Assembly (NCBI GenBank): GCA_965261005.1
Contig: OZ253375.1
Span: forward strand, 2,080,001 to 2,144,000
Source: Deinococcus sp.
GTDB lineage: Bacteria; Deinococcota; Deinococci; Deinococcales; Deinococcaceae
Length of the DNA: 64,000 bases
Direction: 5' to 3'
Shown: piece after piece, positions 39,134-48,586 of the stretch
Layout of the letters: every line of letters starts with the position of its first letter
Position numbering within the stretch: position 1 is the stretch's first letter
Notes under the pieces: generated by a model
Told to the model about the DNA's origin: nothing
Seen by the model: only the letters and a program-made list of their open reading frames with translations
Database searches by the model: none
Translations under genes and position numbers: made by a program

Positions 39134-41454
39134 GGCTTTCCCCTGATGCCGAAGGTGGCCTCGGCGACGGCCCGAACGAAAAATAGACCGAAGCGTATCG
39201 TCGCGCCAAAACCGGCGACTCCCGCTGGAGTCGCACGCAGACTGCCCGCCAGCGCGCCCACCGCTGGCGGTGGGATGTCGAGCTGGCCTGTCAGCACCAT
39301 CCTTGTGTTCAGGCTCAACTTGGCCCGCATGCAAGTCGTCGCCCGCCAAGGACTGTGGGGCCAGCCGATGTTCTTGGTGCCGCTCAGCACCCACTCGGTT
39401 CCGGCGGCGTCGCTGAACGGCAATTCGTAGTGCATGACCCGCGCCGCGCCGCGCCCACGCTGGGCCAGCAGCCGCAAGGTGCCGCTCCGAATGATGGCGG
39501 GGGCGGGGGTCATGCCGGCCACGTCCACGGTGCCGCTGACTCGCGCGAGATGCTGGGCGTCCGTCAGGAACGCCTTCAGGTCCGGAATCCTGACCCGCAG
39601 GCGCAGCGTGGTGGCCTGCTGTCCGGACCGGCCGCCCGCCGTCAGCGCCCCGCTCACGCTCTCGGTGAAGCAGAGGCCCTGAACTTCCGGCTCAGCCCCC
39701 CCCATGTTGCCGCCGGTGTGACGGCGCACCGACTCCACGGCGGCGTCTTCGGGAATGGGACGCCGCACCACGTCGGCGTGTTCCGGGGCGCGCCAGTCGG
39801 GCTGGTCGGTGATGCGCCGCACCGCCAGTTCCATGCAGCGCTCGGCTAAGGCCGTGATGGTGAGGGCCGGGTTGGCCCCGGTGGCTCCCGGCAGGGACGA
39901 GCCGTCCAGCACGTACAGGCCGGGGTGGCCGAACACCTCGCCGTCCACGTTGACGACGCCTCGCCGGGGGCCGGCCGCCATGCGGCAGCCGCCCAGGTTG
40001 TGCACCGTGACCGGCTGGCGCAGCGCGCTCCAGGTCGGGCTGAACACCTGCTTGCCGCCCAGCGCCCGCACCACCTCGGCGCTGGCCGCCCGCTCGGCGG
40101 TGTAGAGCGGGTCGTTGCGCTTGGTGTCCCAGCGCACCCGCAGCTTGTGGCGCTTGCCGTGCAGGCTGATCCGGCCGTCGGCGCGGTCACGGCCCATCGC
40201 CAGCAGAGCCACCGTTCGGTTGGCGTTGGGGTCAAGCTCTGAAGGCGCGGGCAAACGCAACGCGCGCCGCAGCAAGCCCCAGCCCAGCTTCAGCGCCCGC
40301 AGCGGCACACGCGGCAGATCGAGCCAGGCGATCAGGTGCGCAATCGGGCGCGAGTAGCCGCCGTCCTCCAACACGAACCAGTGTTCGCGCCCGTTCTGCG
40401 CCTGCCCGTCTTGGGCGGCGTCAGGCCCAGGCTGGCCAGTTCGCACCAGCGACGCCGTGGTGATGGTGGGACCGTAGTCCGGGTCGGCGGTTTCGGGCAG
40501 GCGCACCGCGAAGCTGATGAAGTCGCCGTTGCCGGAGTAGACTTCACCCAGCCCGGCGGGCAGCCCAGGCAGCGTGCCGTACTGGTCGCGGCAGCGCAGC
40601 AGCAACTCGGTGCTGCCCACCGCGCCGGCGCACACGAAAACATGGCGCGCCCAGAGGTCGCGAACCTGAGCGGGAAAGCGCGATCCCCGGCCATCGTGTT
40701 CGCGCAGCCGCACCCGGTAGCCTGTCCCCGCGCGGGCGATGTGGACCGCCTCGCTCAGCGTGCCGACTTCCAGGCCGTGTTGCTCGGCCACCGCCAGATA
40801 ATTGCGGTCCAGGGTGTTCTTGGCCGCCACGTTGCAGCCGATGTCGCACTCGCCGCACATGGTGCAGGCTTGCTGCGGCAGGCCGGGCGGGGGACGCGCC
40901 GAATCGGGTTCGCGGGCATCGGGTTCACGAAACGTCACCGCCAAGTTCGGGTAAAAGAACCCGTCCATGCGGCCCACCTGCTCGGCGGCCTGGGCCATCA
41001 GCGTGCTTTTGGGCGAGGCCGCCCCAATGGGCAGCGGGCTGACGTTCAGCATGTGCGCCGCCAAGTCGTACCACGGGTCCAGCATCTGACGGCTGTAGGG
41101 GGCCGGCCAGCCTTCAAAGACCTCGTGCGGGGGGCGCATGGCGACGTTGGCGTACAGCAGAGAGCCGCCGCCGAAACCCGCCGCCCGCACCGCCAGGATG
41201 TCGGCGAGAGGATCGGCGTCGTAGAGGCCGTAGTTCAGCCGCCACAGCCAGCCGTCGCCCAGCTTCAGCCGGTCGCGCGGAAAGCTGCCGGGCGGCCAGC
41301 GGCGTCCGCGCTCCACCAAGGCCACGTCCACCCCGGCCTGGGCCAGCCGGCAGGCCGCCACCGCGCCGCCGAAGCCGCTGCCGATCACCAGCGCCTCGTA
41401 ACGGCCCCGGCTCAGGCGCTCGGGCGCAGGTTTGGGCAAGGTCTGAAGCGTCAT
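39130..41454 (-). CDS. GMC oxidoreductase (cholesterol-oxidase-like) with C-terminal extension
   Basis: VIGSGFGGAVAA, GGGSLLYANV, CTMCGECDIGC, TVHNLGGC, LYVLDGS, NPALTITALAER. Confidence 0.88.
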   Translation of the reverse strand: MTLQTLPKPAPERLSRGRYEALVIGSGFGGAVAACRLAQAGVDVALVERGRRWPPGSFPRDRLKLGDGWLWRLNYGLYDADPLADILAVRAAGFGGGSLLYANVAMRPPHEVFEGWPAPYSRQMLDPWYDLAAHMLNVSPLPIGAASPKSTLMAQAAEQVGRMDGFFYPNLAVTFREPDAREPDSARPPPGLPQQACTMCGECDIGCNVAAKNTLDRNYLAVAEQHGLEVGTLSEAVHIARAGTGYRVRLREHDGRGSRFPAQVRDLWARHVFVCAGAVGSTELLLRCRDQYGTLPGLPAGLGEVYSGNGDFISFAVRLPETADPDYGPTITTASLVRTGQPGPDAAQDGQAQNGREHWFVLEDGGYSRPIAHLIAWLDLPRVPLRALKLGWGLLRRALRLPAPSELDPNANRTVALLAMGRDRADGRISLHGKRHKLRVRWDTKRNDPLYTAERAASAEVVRALGGKQVFSPTWSALRQPVTVHNLGGCRMAAGPRRGVVNVDGEVFGHPGLYVLDGSSLPGATGANPALTITALAERCMELAVRRITDQPDWRAPEHADVVRRPIPEDAAVESVRRHTGGNMGGAEPEVQGLCFTESVSGALTAGGRSGQQATTLRLRVRIPDLKAFLTDAQHLARVSGTVDVAGMTPAPAIIRSGTLRLLAQRGRGAARVMHYELPFSDAAGTEWVLSGTKNIGWPHSPWRATTCMRAKLSLNTRMVLTGQLDIPPPAVGALAGSLRATPAGVAGFGATIRFGLFFVRAVAEATFGIRGKP

Positions 41455-41552
41455 GACCAACCGCTCAGGCGCCGCCGGGCGGGGCGGCTTCGGCGCGGGA
41501 CTTGAGCTTGTTTGGACAGTTTGGTGTCATGGTTTCCCCGTTGTGTAAACAG

Positions 41553-41677
41553 ACCGGCGTTCACGATTCCGCACCTCCGCTTCGCTCCGGCGCTCCATTT
41601 CCCGCGCCAGCCCGCACTTTTTCTGCTCGCATCCGCTCGGGGTTGAGGAAGCGGATCGCTTCTGAATTGAGGGCGGC
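41553..41677 (+). repeat. Small intergenic repeat, divergent copy F
   Basis: ACGATTCCGC near 5' end; TTTTTCTGCTCGCATCCGCTCGG core; boundaries approximate. Confidence 0.55.
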
Positions 41678-42631
41678 TTACCCGGAGCTGCGCTGCGCCA
41701 GCCAGTCGCGGTACCAAGCGACGGTGGCGGGAATGCCCTCTTCCAGCGGCGTCGGCGTCACGCCGAATTGCCGCTCAAAGGCCGCAGACACCATGTTCTG
41801 CGGAATGCGGTATTGGTAGAACATCTCCTCGTAGCCGTCCATAAAGGTCTTGTCGAAGGGGCCGTAAGGCGTGGCGTGCTGGAGGTTGTGGGTTTTGAGC
41901 TGGTGGCCCACCGCCTGCGCCACGAGGTCCAGAACCGCGTCGGTGGAGCGGGCCGGCACGGTGGGCAAGTGCCAAATCCGCCCGTCGCCTTCCGGCCGCT
42001 CGCCCAAGGTCGCCAGGCCGCGCGCCACGTCGTGGATGTAGCTGTAGCTGTGCGGCAAGCGGGTATCGCCAAAAGTCAGCACCTCGTCATTCATCAGCGC
42101 CTGCGGAAAGACGCCGCCGCCAAAGGCCGAGTGCAGCACGCCCGGCCCGTAAAAGTCCGCCGCCCGTCCGGTCGCCACCCGCGCCCGCCCGTCCTGATGG
42201 GCCTTGAGATAGGCCGCGTCGAGCTGCGCGCGCAGCTTGCCCTTGCTGGTGGTGGCGGCCCAGGGCGTCTGCTCGGTGATGTGGTCGCCGTCCGCCTCGC
42301 CGTAGGGATAGAGGGTGTCCAGCACCACCAGCCGAGCGCCGCCACGCTCGGCGGCGCTCAGAATCGCCTCGCCGATGCCGGGCATCAGCTTGACTTGAAG
42401 GTGGTAGGCCACGTTCACGCAGTGGTAGATCACGCTGGCGCCGCGCGTGGCTTCCACGGCAGCCTCGACGTCGCTCAAGTCGGCGGTGACGCGCTCGACA
42501 CCTGCGGGCAGCGTTCCAGTGCCGCTGCGGTCCACGCTGCGGACACGGTGGCCGCGCGAAACCAGTTCGTCCACCAAGGTACTTCCGGCGGGGCCGGAGC
42601 CGAGAACAACGTGCAAATCGGGTTTCATCAA
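41678..42631 (-). CDS. NAD-dependent epimerase/dehydratase family protein
   Basis: HVVLGSGPAG, LYPYG, KGKLR, RAADFYGPG, HSYSYIHD. Confidence 0.88.
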   Translation of the reverse strand: MMKPDLHVVLGSGPAGSTLVDELVSRGHRVRSVDRSGTGTLPAGVERVTADLSDVEAAVEATRGASVIYHCVNVAYHLQVKLMPGIGEAILSAAERGGARLVVLDTLYPYGEADGDHITEQTPWAATTSKGKLRAQLDAAYLKAHQDGRARVATGRAADFYGPGVLHSAFGGGVFPQALMNDEVLTFGDTRLPHSYSYIHDVARGLATLGERPEGDGRIWHLPTVPARSTDAVLDLVAQAVGHQLKTHNLQHATPYGPFDKTFMDGYEEMFYQYRIPQNMVSAAFERQFGVTPTPLEEGIPATVAWYRDWLAQRSSG

Positions 42632-42651
42632 ATTCTCCTTTGTTCTTTATT

Positions 42652-42764
42652 GGACCTCCTGCGAAAGTCCTGTTTGGGCGACCAAGCGGGTCTGCTCCTA
42701 CTCGCTCCGCTCGGCGAACGTGAGTACCGGGGGCGGCCCCGGCACCCACGTTCGCAGGAGGTCT
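42652..42764. mobile_element. 113-bp MITE with IS5-type ends (repeat copy G)
   Basis: IRs GGACCTCCTGCGAA (42652-42665) / TTCGCAGGAGGTCT (42751-42764); flanking ATT...ATT duplication; internal core CCTACTCGCTCCGCTCGG. Confidence 0.8.
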
Positions 42765-43362
42765 ATTCCTGTTGTGGGGTCGGATGCCGCAGCCCGGCGC
42801 TGAGAATCTGTGCCCACGGCTCGCGGGCTTGGGAAGCGGAGCCGGCGATGCCGAGCGCCACGACGAAATGGCACAGCTGCCCCTTGGCAAAAAAAGCTTG
42901 AACCGCGCCTTGGTCTGCGCCGGACCGCTCCAGCACGAAGTCGGTCAGCCGCTGCTGACATTCCTGGAGCGCCGCGCGAATGGCCGGGTCGTCGGTGGCG
43001 GCCAGCGCGTGAACCTGGAGCATCAGCAGCGACCCATCGTTGATCAGCTGCGCGTAGGCCTGACCCATCCGGTCCAGCACACGGTCGGGATCGCCGGAAT
43101 GCGCCGCGTCCGCACCGGCGCCGAGCGCCTCTTGCACCCGCGCGAAGCACAGCTGCAGGGCGCCGGTGAAAAGCCCCTGTTTGTTTCCGAACAGCCGAAA
43201 GACGTAAGCCGGGGAAAGTCCTGCCTCGGCGGCCACGTCGGCCACGGTGGTGCCGTGGTAGCCCATGCGGGCAAAGGCCCGCAGTGCCGCCCCGGTCACC
43301 TCGGCGTGCCGACGCTCGGCGGTGGAAAGGGCGTTGCGCGGAAGAGAAGGATCGGTCGCCAT
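42763..43362 (-). CDS. TetR/AcrR family regulator
   Basis: FARMGYHGTTVADVAAEAGLSPAYVFRLFGNK HTH; TAG stop overlaps the MITE end. Confidence 0.9.
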   Translation of the reverse strand: MATDPSLPRNALSTAERRHAEVTGAALRAFARMGYHGTTVADVAAEAGLSPAYVFRLFGNKQGLFTGALQLCFARVQEALGAGADAAHSGDPDRVLDRMGQAYAQLINDGSLLMLQVHALAATDDPAIRAALQECQQRLTDFVLERSGADQGAVQAFFAKGQLCHFVVALGIAGSASQAREPWAQILSAGLRHPTPQQE

Positions 43363-43365
43363 GTG

Positions 43366-43383
43366 TGTGACTGTACACTCACA
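43366..43383. promoter_or_regulatory. Probable TetR autoregulatory operator
   Basis: TGTGA-CTGTACAC-TCACA inverted repeat immediately upstream of the tetR start. Confidence 0.6.
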
Positions 43384-43479
43384 AAATGAGAACGGGTTGA
43401 GCGCGATTGGCCAGCTTTGAAAGGCTCGCCGCCCGGTGGCGGGTTCAGTTGGCCTTTCGGCGCGTGCTAGACTTCCCTC

Positions 43480-43581
43480 GACGGCGTCAGGGAAAGCCCG
43501 GTGTGAGTCCGGCACTGTCGCGCAACGGTAAGCGAGTGTTCCTCAAAGGGGAGTGGTCGCAAGTCCGAATGCCTGCCCGTC
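43480..43581 (+). ncRNA. Cobalamin riboswitch (compact form)
   Basis: AGGGAAAGCCCGGTG-TGAG-TCCGGCACTGTCGCGCAACGGTAA and B12-box-like AAGTCCGAATGCCTGCC; GACGG/CCGTC closing stem; TAGACT -10 at 43468; upstream of a Btu-like ABC operon. Confidence 0.9.
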
Positions 43582-43655
43582 CGGCCCACGAACCCGCGGG
43601 CCGCGCCGCACACCTCTCGCGGAAAGAGGGACGCGCACCCCGGTGCCCGCGTTCG

Positions 43656-43683
43656 TTCCGCCTTATAGGGCGGGATTTTTTTT
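43656..43683 (+). terminator. Riboswitch-associated intrinsic terminator (attenuator)
   Basis: TTCCGCC...GGCGGGA hairpin followed by 8 T, about 26 nt before the ATG. Confidence 0.75.
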
Positions 43684-43709
43684 GGCGAGTTGCCTTTCCC
43701 GGAGATCCC

Positions 43710-44567
43710 ATGAAAACGCTGCTGCCCACCTTGCTGCTCACGCTCGGCTCTGCCCTTGCCGTGAGTTACCCCCTGACCGTCACCGACGATCTGGGGCGGA
43801 CCGTGACCCTACAGAAAGAACCCGCCCGCGTCATCAGCGTGCTGCCCTCGGACACCGAGACGCTGTGCGCCATCGGCGCCTGCGACAAGCTGGTGGCGGT
43901 GGACCAAAACAGCGACTACCCGCCGCAGGTTGAAAAGCTGCCCAAGGTGGGCGGTTTGTACGACCCGAACGTCGAGGCGATGGTGGCGCAGAAACCCGAC
44001 CTGGTGGTGGTCAGCAAGTTCGGCAAGCTGGTGGAGCCGCTGACGCGCGCCGGCGTGACGGTGGTGGCGGTCAACCCCGAAAGCTACGCGGACGTGTTCT
44101 CCAAGACCCTGCTGCTGGGCAAGCTGGTCAACCGCGAGACGCAGGCCATCAATTTGATCGCCAAGCTCAAGACCGACATTGCCCGCACCGAGGCCATCAC
44201 CAAGAACGCGCCCAAGGTGAAGACCTACTACGAGATTGACCCCACGCCCTACACCGTCGGGCCGAACTCGTTTTTGGGCGTGCTCCTGACCAAGGCGGGC
44301 GCGGTCAACATCATCCCGGCGAGCTTGGGCGACTTTCCGCAGATCAGCCCTGAATTGGTGGTTCAGAAAGCGCCGGCGCTGATCCTGGGCGTGGACCCGG
44401 CGGTGGCGGCGAAGCGGCCCGGCTGGACCACCATTCCCGCCGTGAAGAACGGCCGGGTGCTGCCGATCCCCAAGGCCCTCGACACCATCCTGGGTCGCCC
44501 CGGACCGCGCCTCGGTCAGGCGCTGGCGGGCTTGGCGCGGCTGGTGCACCCCGAACTGTTCAGGTGA
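43710..44567 (+). CDS. Cobalamin/iron-chelate ABC substrate-binding protein (BtuF-like)
   Basis: Signal peptide; YPLTVTDDLGRTV, PARVISVLPSDTE, RPGPRL; riboswitch upstream. Confidence 0.88.
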   Translation: MKTLLPTLLLTLGSALAVSYPLTVTDDLGRTVTLQKEPARVISVLPSDTETLCAIGACDKLVAVDQNSDYPPQVEKLPKVGGLYDPNVEAMVAQKPDLVVVSKFGKLVEPLTRAGVTVVAVNPESYADVFSKTLLLGKLVNRETQAINLIAKLKTDIARTEAITKNAPKVKTYYEIDPTPYTVGPNSFLGVLLTKAGAVNIIPASLGDFPQISPELVVQKAPALILGVDPAVAAKRPGWTTIPAVKNGRVLPIPKALDTILGRPGPRLGQALAGLARLVHPELFR

Positions 44568-45607
44568 AGGCGGCTGAGGTGAGGGTTGGTGCTCCTGCAA
44601 CCCTGGCCCGCTGGGGAGGGGCAAAGACGCTCGCACTCTTTTTGCTGCTGCTGCTGGCGCTGGTCCTCTCGGTCGGGCTGGGCAGCGTGAACCTGGGAAC
44701 GCGGGAAACGCTGCTCGCCTTGTGGCACGGCCTAAAGGGTCAAATGCTGAGCGGCCAGTCCCTGGGCGGCGCCGACGTGATCGTGTGGCAGCTTCGCCTG
44801 CCGCGCGCCCTGCTGGGCCTGCTGGTGGGCGCGAGCTTGGCGGTTTGCGGCGGCGCGTACCAAGGCGTCTTTCGCAACCCGCTGGCCGACCCCTACCTGA
44901 TGGGCGTGGCGAGCGGCGCCTACCTGGGCGTGACGCTGGGGGCCGTGCTGAGCTGGCCCCCAGCCGCGCTGCCCCTGGGCGCCATGCTGGGCGCCTTTTT
45001 CAGCGTGCTGCTCACCCTCGCGCTGGCGCGGCGTGGGCGTGAGCTGCCGCCCACCCGCCTGATCCTGGCGGGGGTGGTGGTCGGCAGCGTCCTCACCGCG
45101 CTGAGTACCTACCTGCTGCTGCGTGGCGAGGACCGCATCCGCCAGGTGTTCACGGCCACGCTGGGGAGCCTGGCCTACGCGGGCTGGCCGGAGATCGGCC
45201 GGCTGTGCCTGTACGCCGTACCGTCCCTGGGCGCCTTGCTGCTGTTATCACGCGCGCTGAACACCCTGCAACTGGGCGACGCGACCGCCCAGAGCCTGGG
45301 CGTGCCGGTCGAGCGGCTGCGTTTGCTGGTGATCGTGGCGAGCAGCGTGGCGACCGCCGCCGCCGTCAGCTACGCGGGCATCATCGGCTTCGTGGGGCTG
45401 GTCGCGCCACATTTAGTTCGCCGCTTGTGGGGCGGCGACCACAAGGTCTTGTTGCCCATCAGCGCCCTGGCGGGCGGCACGCTGCTGGTCCTGGCCGACG
45501 TGCTGGCCCGCACCCTGACCCGCCCGGCCGAGCTGCCGGTGGGCGTGGTCACGACTCTGCTGGGCGGCCCGTTCTTTCTGTACCTGCTCAGAAAGGTGCG
45601 GACGTGA
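44564..45607 (+). CDS. FecCD/BtuC-family ABC permease
   Basis: IVWQLRLPR, QGVFRNPLADPYLMGVASGA, GIIGFVGLVAPH, ELPVGVVT. Confidence 0.92.
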   Translation: MKAAEVRVGAPATLARWGGAKTLALFLLLLLALVLSVGLGSVNLGTRETLLALWHGLKGQMLSGQSLGGADVIVWQLRLPRALLGLLVGASLAVCGGAYQGVFRNPLADPYLMGVASGAYLGVTLGAVLSWPPAALPLGAMLGAFFSVLLTLALARRGRELPPTRLILAGVVVGSVLTALSTYLLLRGEDRIRQVFTATLGSLAYAGWPEIGRLCLYAVPSLGALLLLSRALNTLQLGDATAQSLGVPVERLRLLVIVASSVATAAAVSYAGIIGFVGLVAPHLVRRLWGGDHKVLLPISALAGGTLLVLADVLARTLTRPAELPVGVVTTLLGGPFFLYLLRKVRT

Positions 45608-46434
45608 CGGGGACGTTGGAGGCGCGGGGGGTGCGGGTCTCCCTGGGCGGCGCCCCGGTGCTGCGCGGGGTGAGCGCCGCCTTTCCAGCCGGGCAGCTCA
45701 GCGCCCTGATCGGTCCCAACGGGGCGGGCAAGACCACCCTGCTGCGCGCCTTGCTGGGCCTGCTGCGCCCCGAAGCGGGCGAGGTCTGTTTGCTGGGCCG
45801 CCCGCTCTCGGCGTGGCGCCGGGCCGAGCGGGCGCGGCTGCTGGCCTACCTGGCGCAGGGAGACCCCCTTCCCGAGGAGGCGAGCGCGCTGGAGGTGGCC
45901 GCCCTGGGGCGCGGGGCGGGGGACTGGCTGGGCGGTTTGCTCCCGCTACGCCCCGAGACGGCGCGGGACCGCGCGGCCGTGTGGGGCGCCTTAGAAAAGA
46001 CCGGCACGGCCCCGTTCGCCGCGCGGCGCGTCGCGGACTTGTCGGGCGGCGAGCGCCAGCGGGTGGGCCTGGCGCGCGCCTTGGCCGCCGAGCCGCGCTT
46101 TTTGCTGCTCGACGAGCCGACCAATCACCTCGACCTCGGCCACCAACTCGATCTTCTGCGCACCCTGCGCGCCGAGGTCGGAACTGGCATGGGCGCCGTG
46201 ATGGTATTGCACGACCTGAGCCTGGCCGCCCGGGCCGACGTTTTGGTTCTGCTGCGCGCGGGCGAGGTGCTGGCGGCGGGCGCGCCGGGGGAGGTGCTGA
46301 CCCCAGAGAATTTGTATGCGGCCTACGGCGTGCGCGTCACGGTCGAGCGCCTGAACGGCCGCCTGCTGGTCGTGCCAGAGCCGGACGAGCCGGGGCTAGA
46401 CTTACCTGGGCCGGGTTTGTTGGGGCCGGGCTGA
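45604..46434 (+). CDS. ABC ATPase (BtuD/FepC-like)
   Basis: GPNGAGKT, LSGGERQR, LLDEPTNHLD, VLHD; GTGA overlap. Confidence 0.92.
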   Translation: MTGTLEARGVRVSLGGAPVLRGVSAAFPAGQLSALIGPNGAGKTTLLRALLGLLRPEAGEVCLLGRPLSAWRRAERARLLAYLAQGDPLPEEASALEVAALGRGAGDWLGGLLPLRPETARDRAAVWGALEKTGTAPFAARRVADLSGGERQRVGLARALAAEPRFLLLDEPTNHLDLGHQLDLLRTLRAEVGTGMGAVMVLHDLSLAARADVLVLLRAGEVLAAGAPGEVLTPENLYAAYGVRVTVERLNGRLLVVPEPDEPGLDLPGPGLLGPG

Positions 46435-46781
46435 TGGGCGCCAAGTACTTCAGGACCTCGGGCCACCTGCTGCTGTGCCAAAACCAGTCTTGCCGGGCGC
46501 GCGGCGCCGATGTGCTGCTGCTGGCGCTCACGAAAGCGTTGGAAACGGAAAAACTTGCGTACTACAAAGCTGGCGGCTCGGTGCGCCTGACGCCCACGGG
46601 CTGCCTGGGCGCCTGCCAGTTCGGGCCGGTGCTGGCCTGCTACCGCCCGCCGGAAGAGGCGTGGTACGAGGCGGTGGACTTGCCGCTGGCGCTGCGGGTG
46701 GCGCGGGCCGTTCACGGTGGAGAGGGTTTGCCAGCAGAGAGGCGCTACGGGCCAGAACCCGGATCACCAGAACCCGGCTAA
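46434..46781 (+). CDS. Thioredoxin-like [2Fe-2S] ferredoxin
   Basis: CQNQSC...GCLGAC..GP...WY pattern; TGATG overlap with the ATPase gene. Confidence 0.8.
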   Translation: MGAKYFRTSGHLLLCQNQSCRARGADVLLLALTKALETEKLAYYKAGGSVRLTPTGCLGACQFGPVLACYRPPEEAWYEAVDLPLALRVARAVHGGEGLPAERRYGPEPGSPEPG

Positions 46782-46790
46782 CATAGGGCC

Positions 46791-47366
46791 ATGAGCGCCC
46801 CGAACCTGAAGCGGATGAGCGTGGAGGAATACCTGCGCAGCGAGGAGGCCAGCCCCGTGAGGCGCGAGTACGTGGGCGGTTTCGTGTACCCGCTGCACGG
46901 GGCGACCCGGGCGCAGGCAGGTGCGAGCCAAAAGCACACCCGAATCGTCCGCAACATTATGGCAAGGTTGGATGCGGCGGCACGTCGTCTGGATTGCCGT
47001 CTGCACGCCTCGGACATGAAATTGCGAATAGAGGGATCGAGAAGCTTCTACTATCCGGACGTGATGGCGGTCTGTGGCCAGCCCATTCCGGACGAGTACT
47101 ACGAGACCACCCCTTGCCTGCTCATCGAGGTTATCTCACCGCGCACGGCCCAGATAGACCGCCAGACCAAGTACGCCGCCTACACCGCTCTTCCTAGCTT
47201 GGAGACGTACCTGATCGTGGAGCAGGCCGAGCGGCGCGTGTACGCCTATCACCGGGACGGCCAAAGCTGGAAGCTGTCGGAACTCGCCAGCACGGGCGCC
47301 GTGGATGCGCCCTGCCTGGGCCACCGCCTGACCCTGGACGACATCTACGCCGACCTTGCGGTCTGA
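46791..47366 (+). CDS. Uma2-family (PD-(D/E)XK) endonuclease-like protein
   Basis: MSVEEYL, REYVGG, YYPDVMAVC, PCLLIEVISP, LETYLIVEQ. Confidence 0.9.
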   Translation: MSAPNLKRMSVEEYLRSEEASPVRREYVGGFVYPLHGATRAQAGASQKHTRIVRNIMARLDAAARRLDCRLHASDMKLRIEGSRSFYYPDVMAVCGQPIPDEYYETTPCLLIEVISPRTAQIDRQTKYAAYTALPSLETYLIVEQAERRVYAYHRDGQSWKLSELASTGAVDAPCLGHRLTLDDIYADLAV

Positions 47367-47380
47367 GGCCCGTTCCCCGG

Positions 47381-48553
47381 CTACTTCCGAATGCCGACTT
47401 GGAGCAGCTGCGGCGTCAGCGTGGTTGGGTCAATGCGCATGATGAAGACTGGGGCGCTCAGGCGCTCGCCCGTGGCCGTGAAGCTGAGAGGCCCCGTGAC
47501 GTTTTTGTCGGCCTCTAGGTTGACCTTGCGCAGCGCGGCGATCAGGTCGCTGCGGCTGGGCACGCCGCCCCTCGCGGTCGCGGCGGCCTTGAGCGCTTCC
47601 AAAAGAGTGTTCGCCGCGTCGTACCCAAAGGCCGCTCGGCTTTGTGGCGCCCGCCCATAGCGCTCTTGAAAGGCGGAGGTGAAGGGGGTGCCGTTGGCAA
47701 ACGCGCTCATCGGTCCGAAGACGGTGACGTAGGTGACCCCGGCCGCGTCTCCTTGGGCGGCTTGCACGAACGCCTTGGAATCGAGCAGCGTGCCGCCCAG
47801 TAAAGGGGTCTTGGACCCGGCTTGGCGCAACTGCTTCAGGAACAACCCCGTTTTGTCGGCGGCGCCCCCGAACACGATGGCGTCGGCGCCCAGTACCACG
47901 CTGCGGACGACTTGTTTTTGCATGTCCACCTCGTTTGAAGTGCCCGCGTAGCCGACCACCCGCACCCCCTTGCCGCGCAGTTCGCGCTGCAAGTTTTGAA
48001 TCAGGCTATTGCCATACGTGGCGTTGTCGCTGACCAAAAAGGCGCGTTTGACCTTGAGGTCGTCCAAGTACCCGGCCATGGCGAGGGCCTGCACCTGGGT
48101 GTTGGCGGGCAAGCGGAAGAAGTTGATCCAACCCTTGGCTGTCAGCTCGTCAGCGGTGCAGGTGGGCGAGATCGTGGCAATTGGCCCTCGCCGCAGAACC
48201 TCACCCGCCAACAGGCACACGCCCGACGCCTGCGGGCCCACCACGCCCAGAATGCTGGCGTCCCCCAACATGTCGCCCGCTTGCTGTGAGCCACGCGTCG
48301 GGTCGCCGGCGTCGTCGTAGCCTTCGAGCTGCACGTCGAGTCCGAGGGCCAGCAGTTCAGCGTGGCGCCGCTGCACCGCCAGAGCCGCGCCGTCGCGCAG
48401 TTCAACGCCGAGCACGGCCGAAGGTCCCGTCAGCGCCGATAGCGTGGCGATTTTGACCTGCTTGGCTTGGTTCTGCTTGGCCTGGTTCTGCGCGCCTGCC
48501 ATGGCCATCAGACCGCTCAGGGACAGCGCCAAGAAGACAAACGTTCTGCTCAT
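47381..48553 (-). CDS. Branched-chain amino-acid ABC substrate-binding protein (LivJ-like), stand-alone
   Basis: Signal peptide; VKIATLSALTG, DDAGDP, FFRL, YG, GYDAA; start may be 48574. Confidence 0.85.
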   Translation of the reverse strand: MSRTFVFLALSLSGLMAMAGAQNQAKQNQAKQVKIATLSALTGPSAVLGVELRDGAALAVQRRHAELLALGLDVQLEGYDDAGDPTRGSQQAGDMLGDASILGVVGPQASGVCLLAGEVLRRGPIATISPTCTADELTAKGWINFFRLPANTQVQALAMAGYLDDLKVKRAFLVSDNATYGNSLIQNLQRELRGKGVRVVGYAGTSNEVDMQKQVVRSVVLGADAIVFGGAADKTGLFLKQLRQAGSKTPLLGGTLLDSKAFVQAAQGDAAGVTYVTVFGPMSAFANGTPFTSAFQERYGRAPQSRAAFGYDAANTLLEALKAAATARGGVPSRSDLIAALRKVNLEADKNVTGPLSFTATGERLSAPVFIMRIDPTTLTPQLLQVGIRK

Positions 48554-48586
48554 GGGTCTTAAATTTTTGTTCATGTTTCAGTCTAA

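Noticed and set aside
43366..43383. CRP/DdrI-type site
   Set aside because: Spacer is 8 nt rather than 6, and its position at the tetR start fits an autoregulatory TetR operator better.
46791..47366. Uma2 protein as a restriction system or part of the B12 operon
   Set aside because: No methylase nearby; it has its own -10 box, and this family is commonly expanded and scattered in Deinococcus-Thermus.
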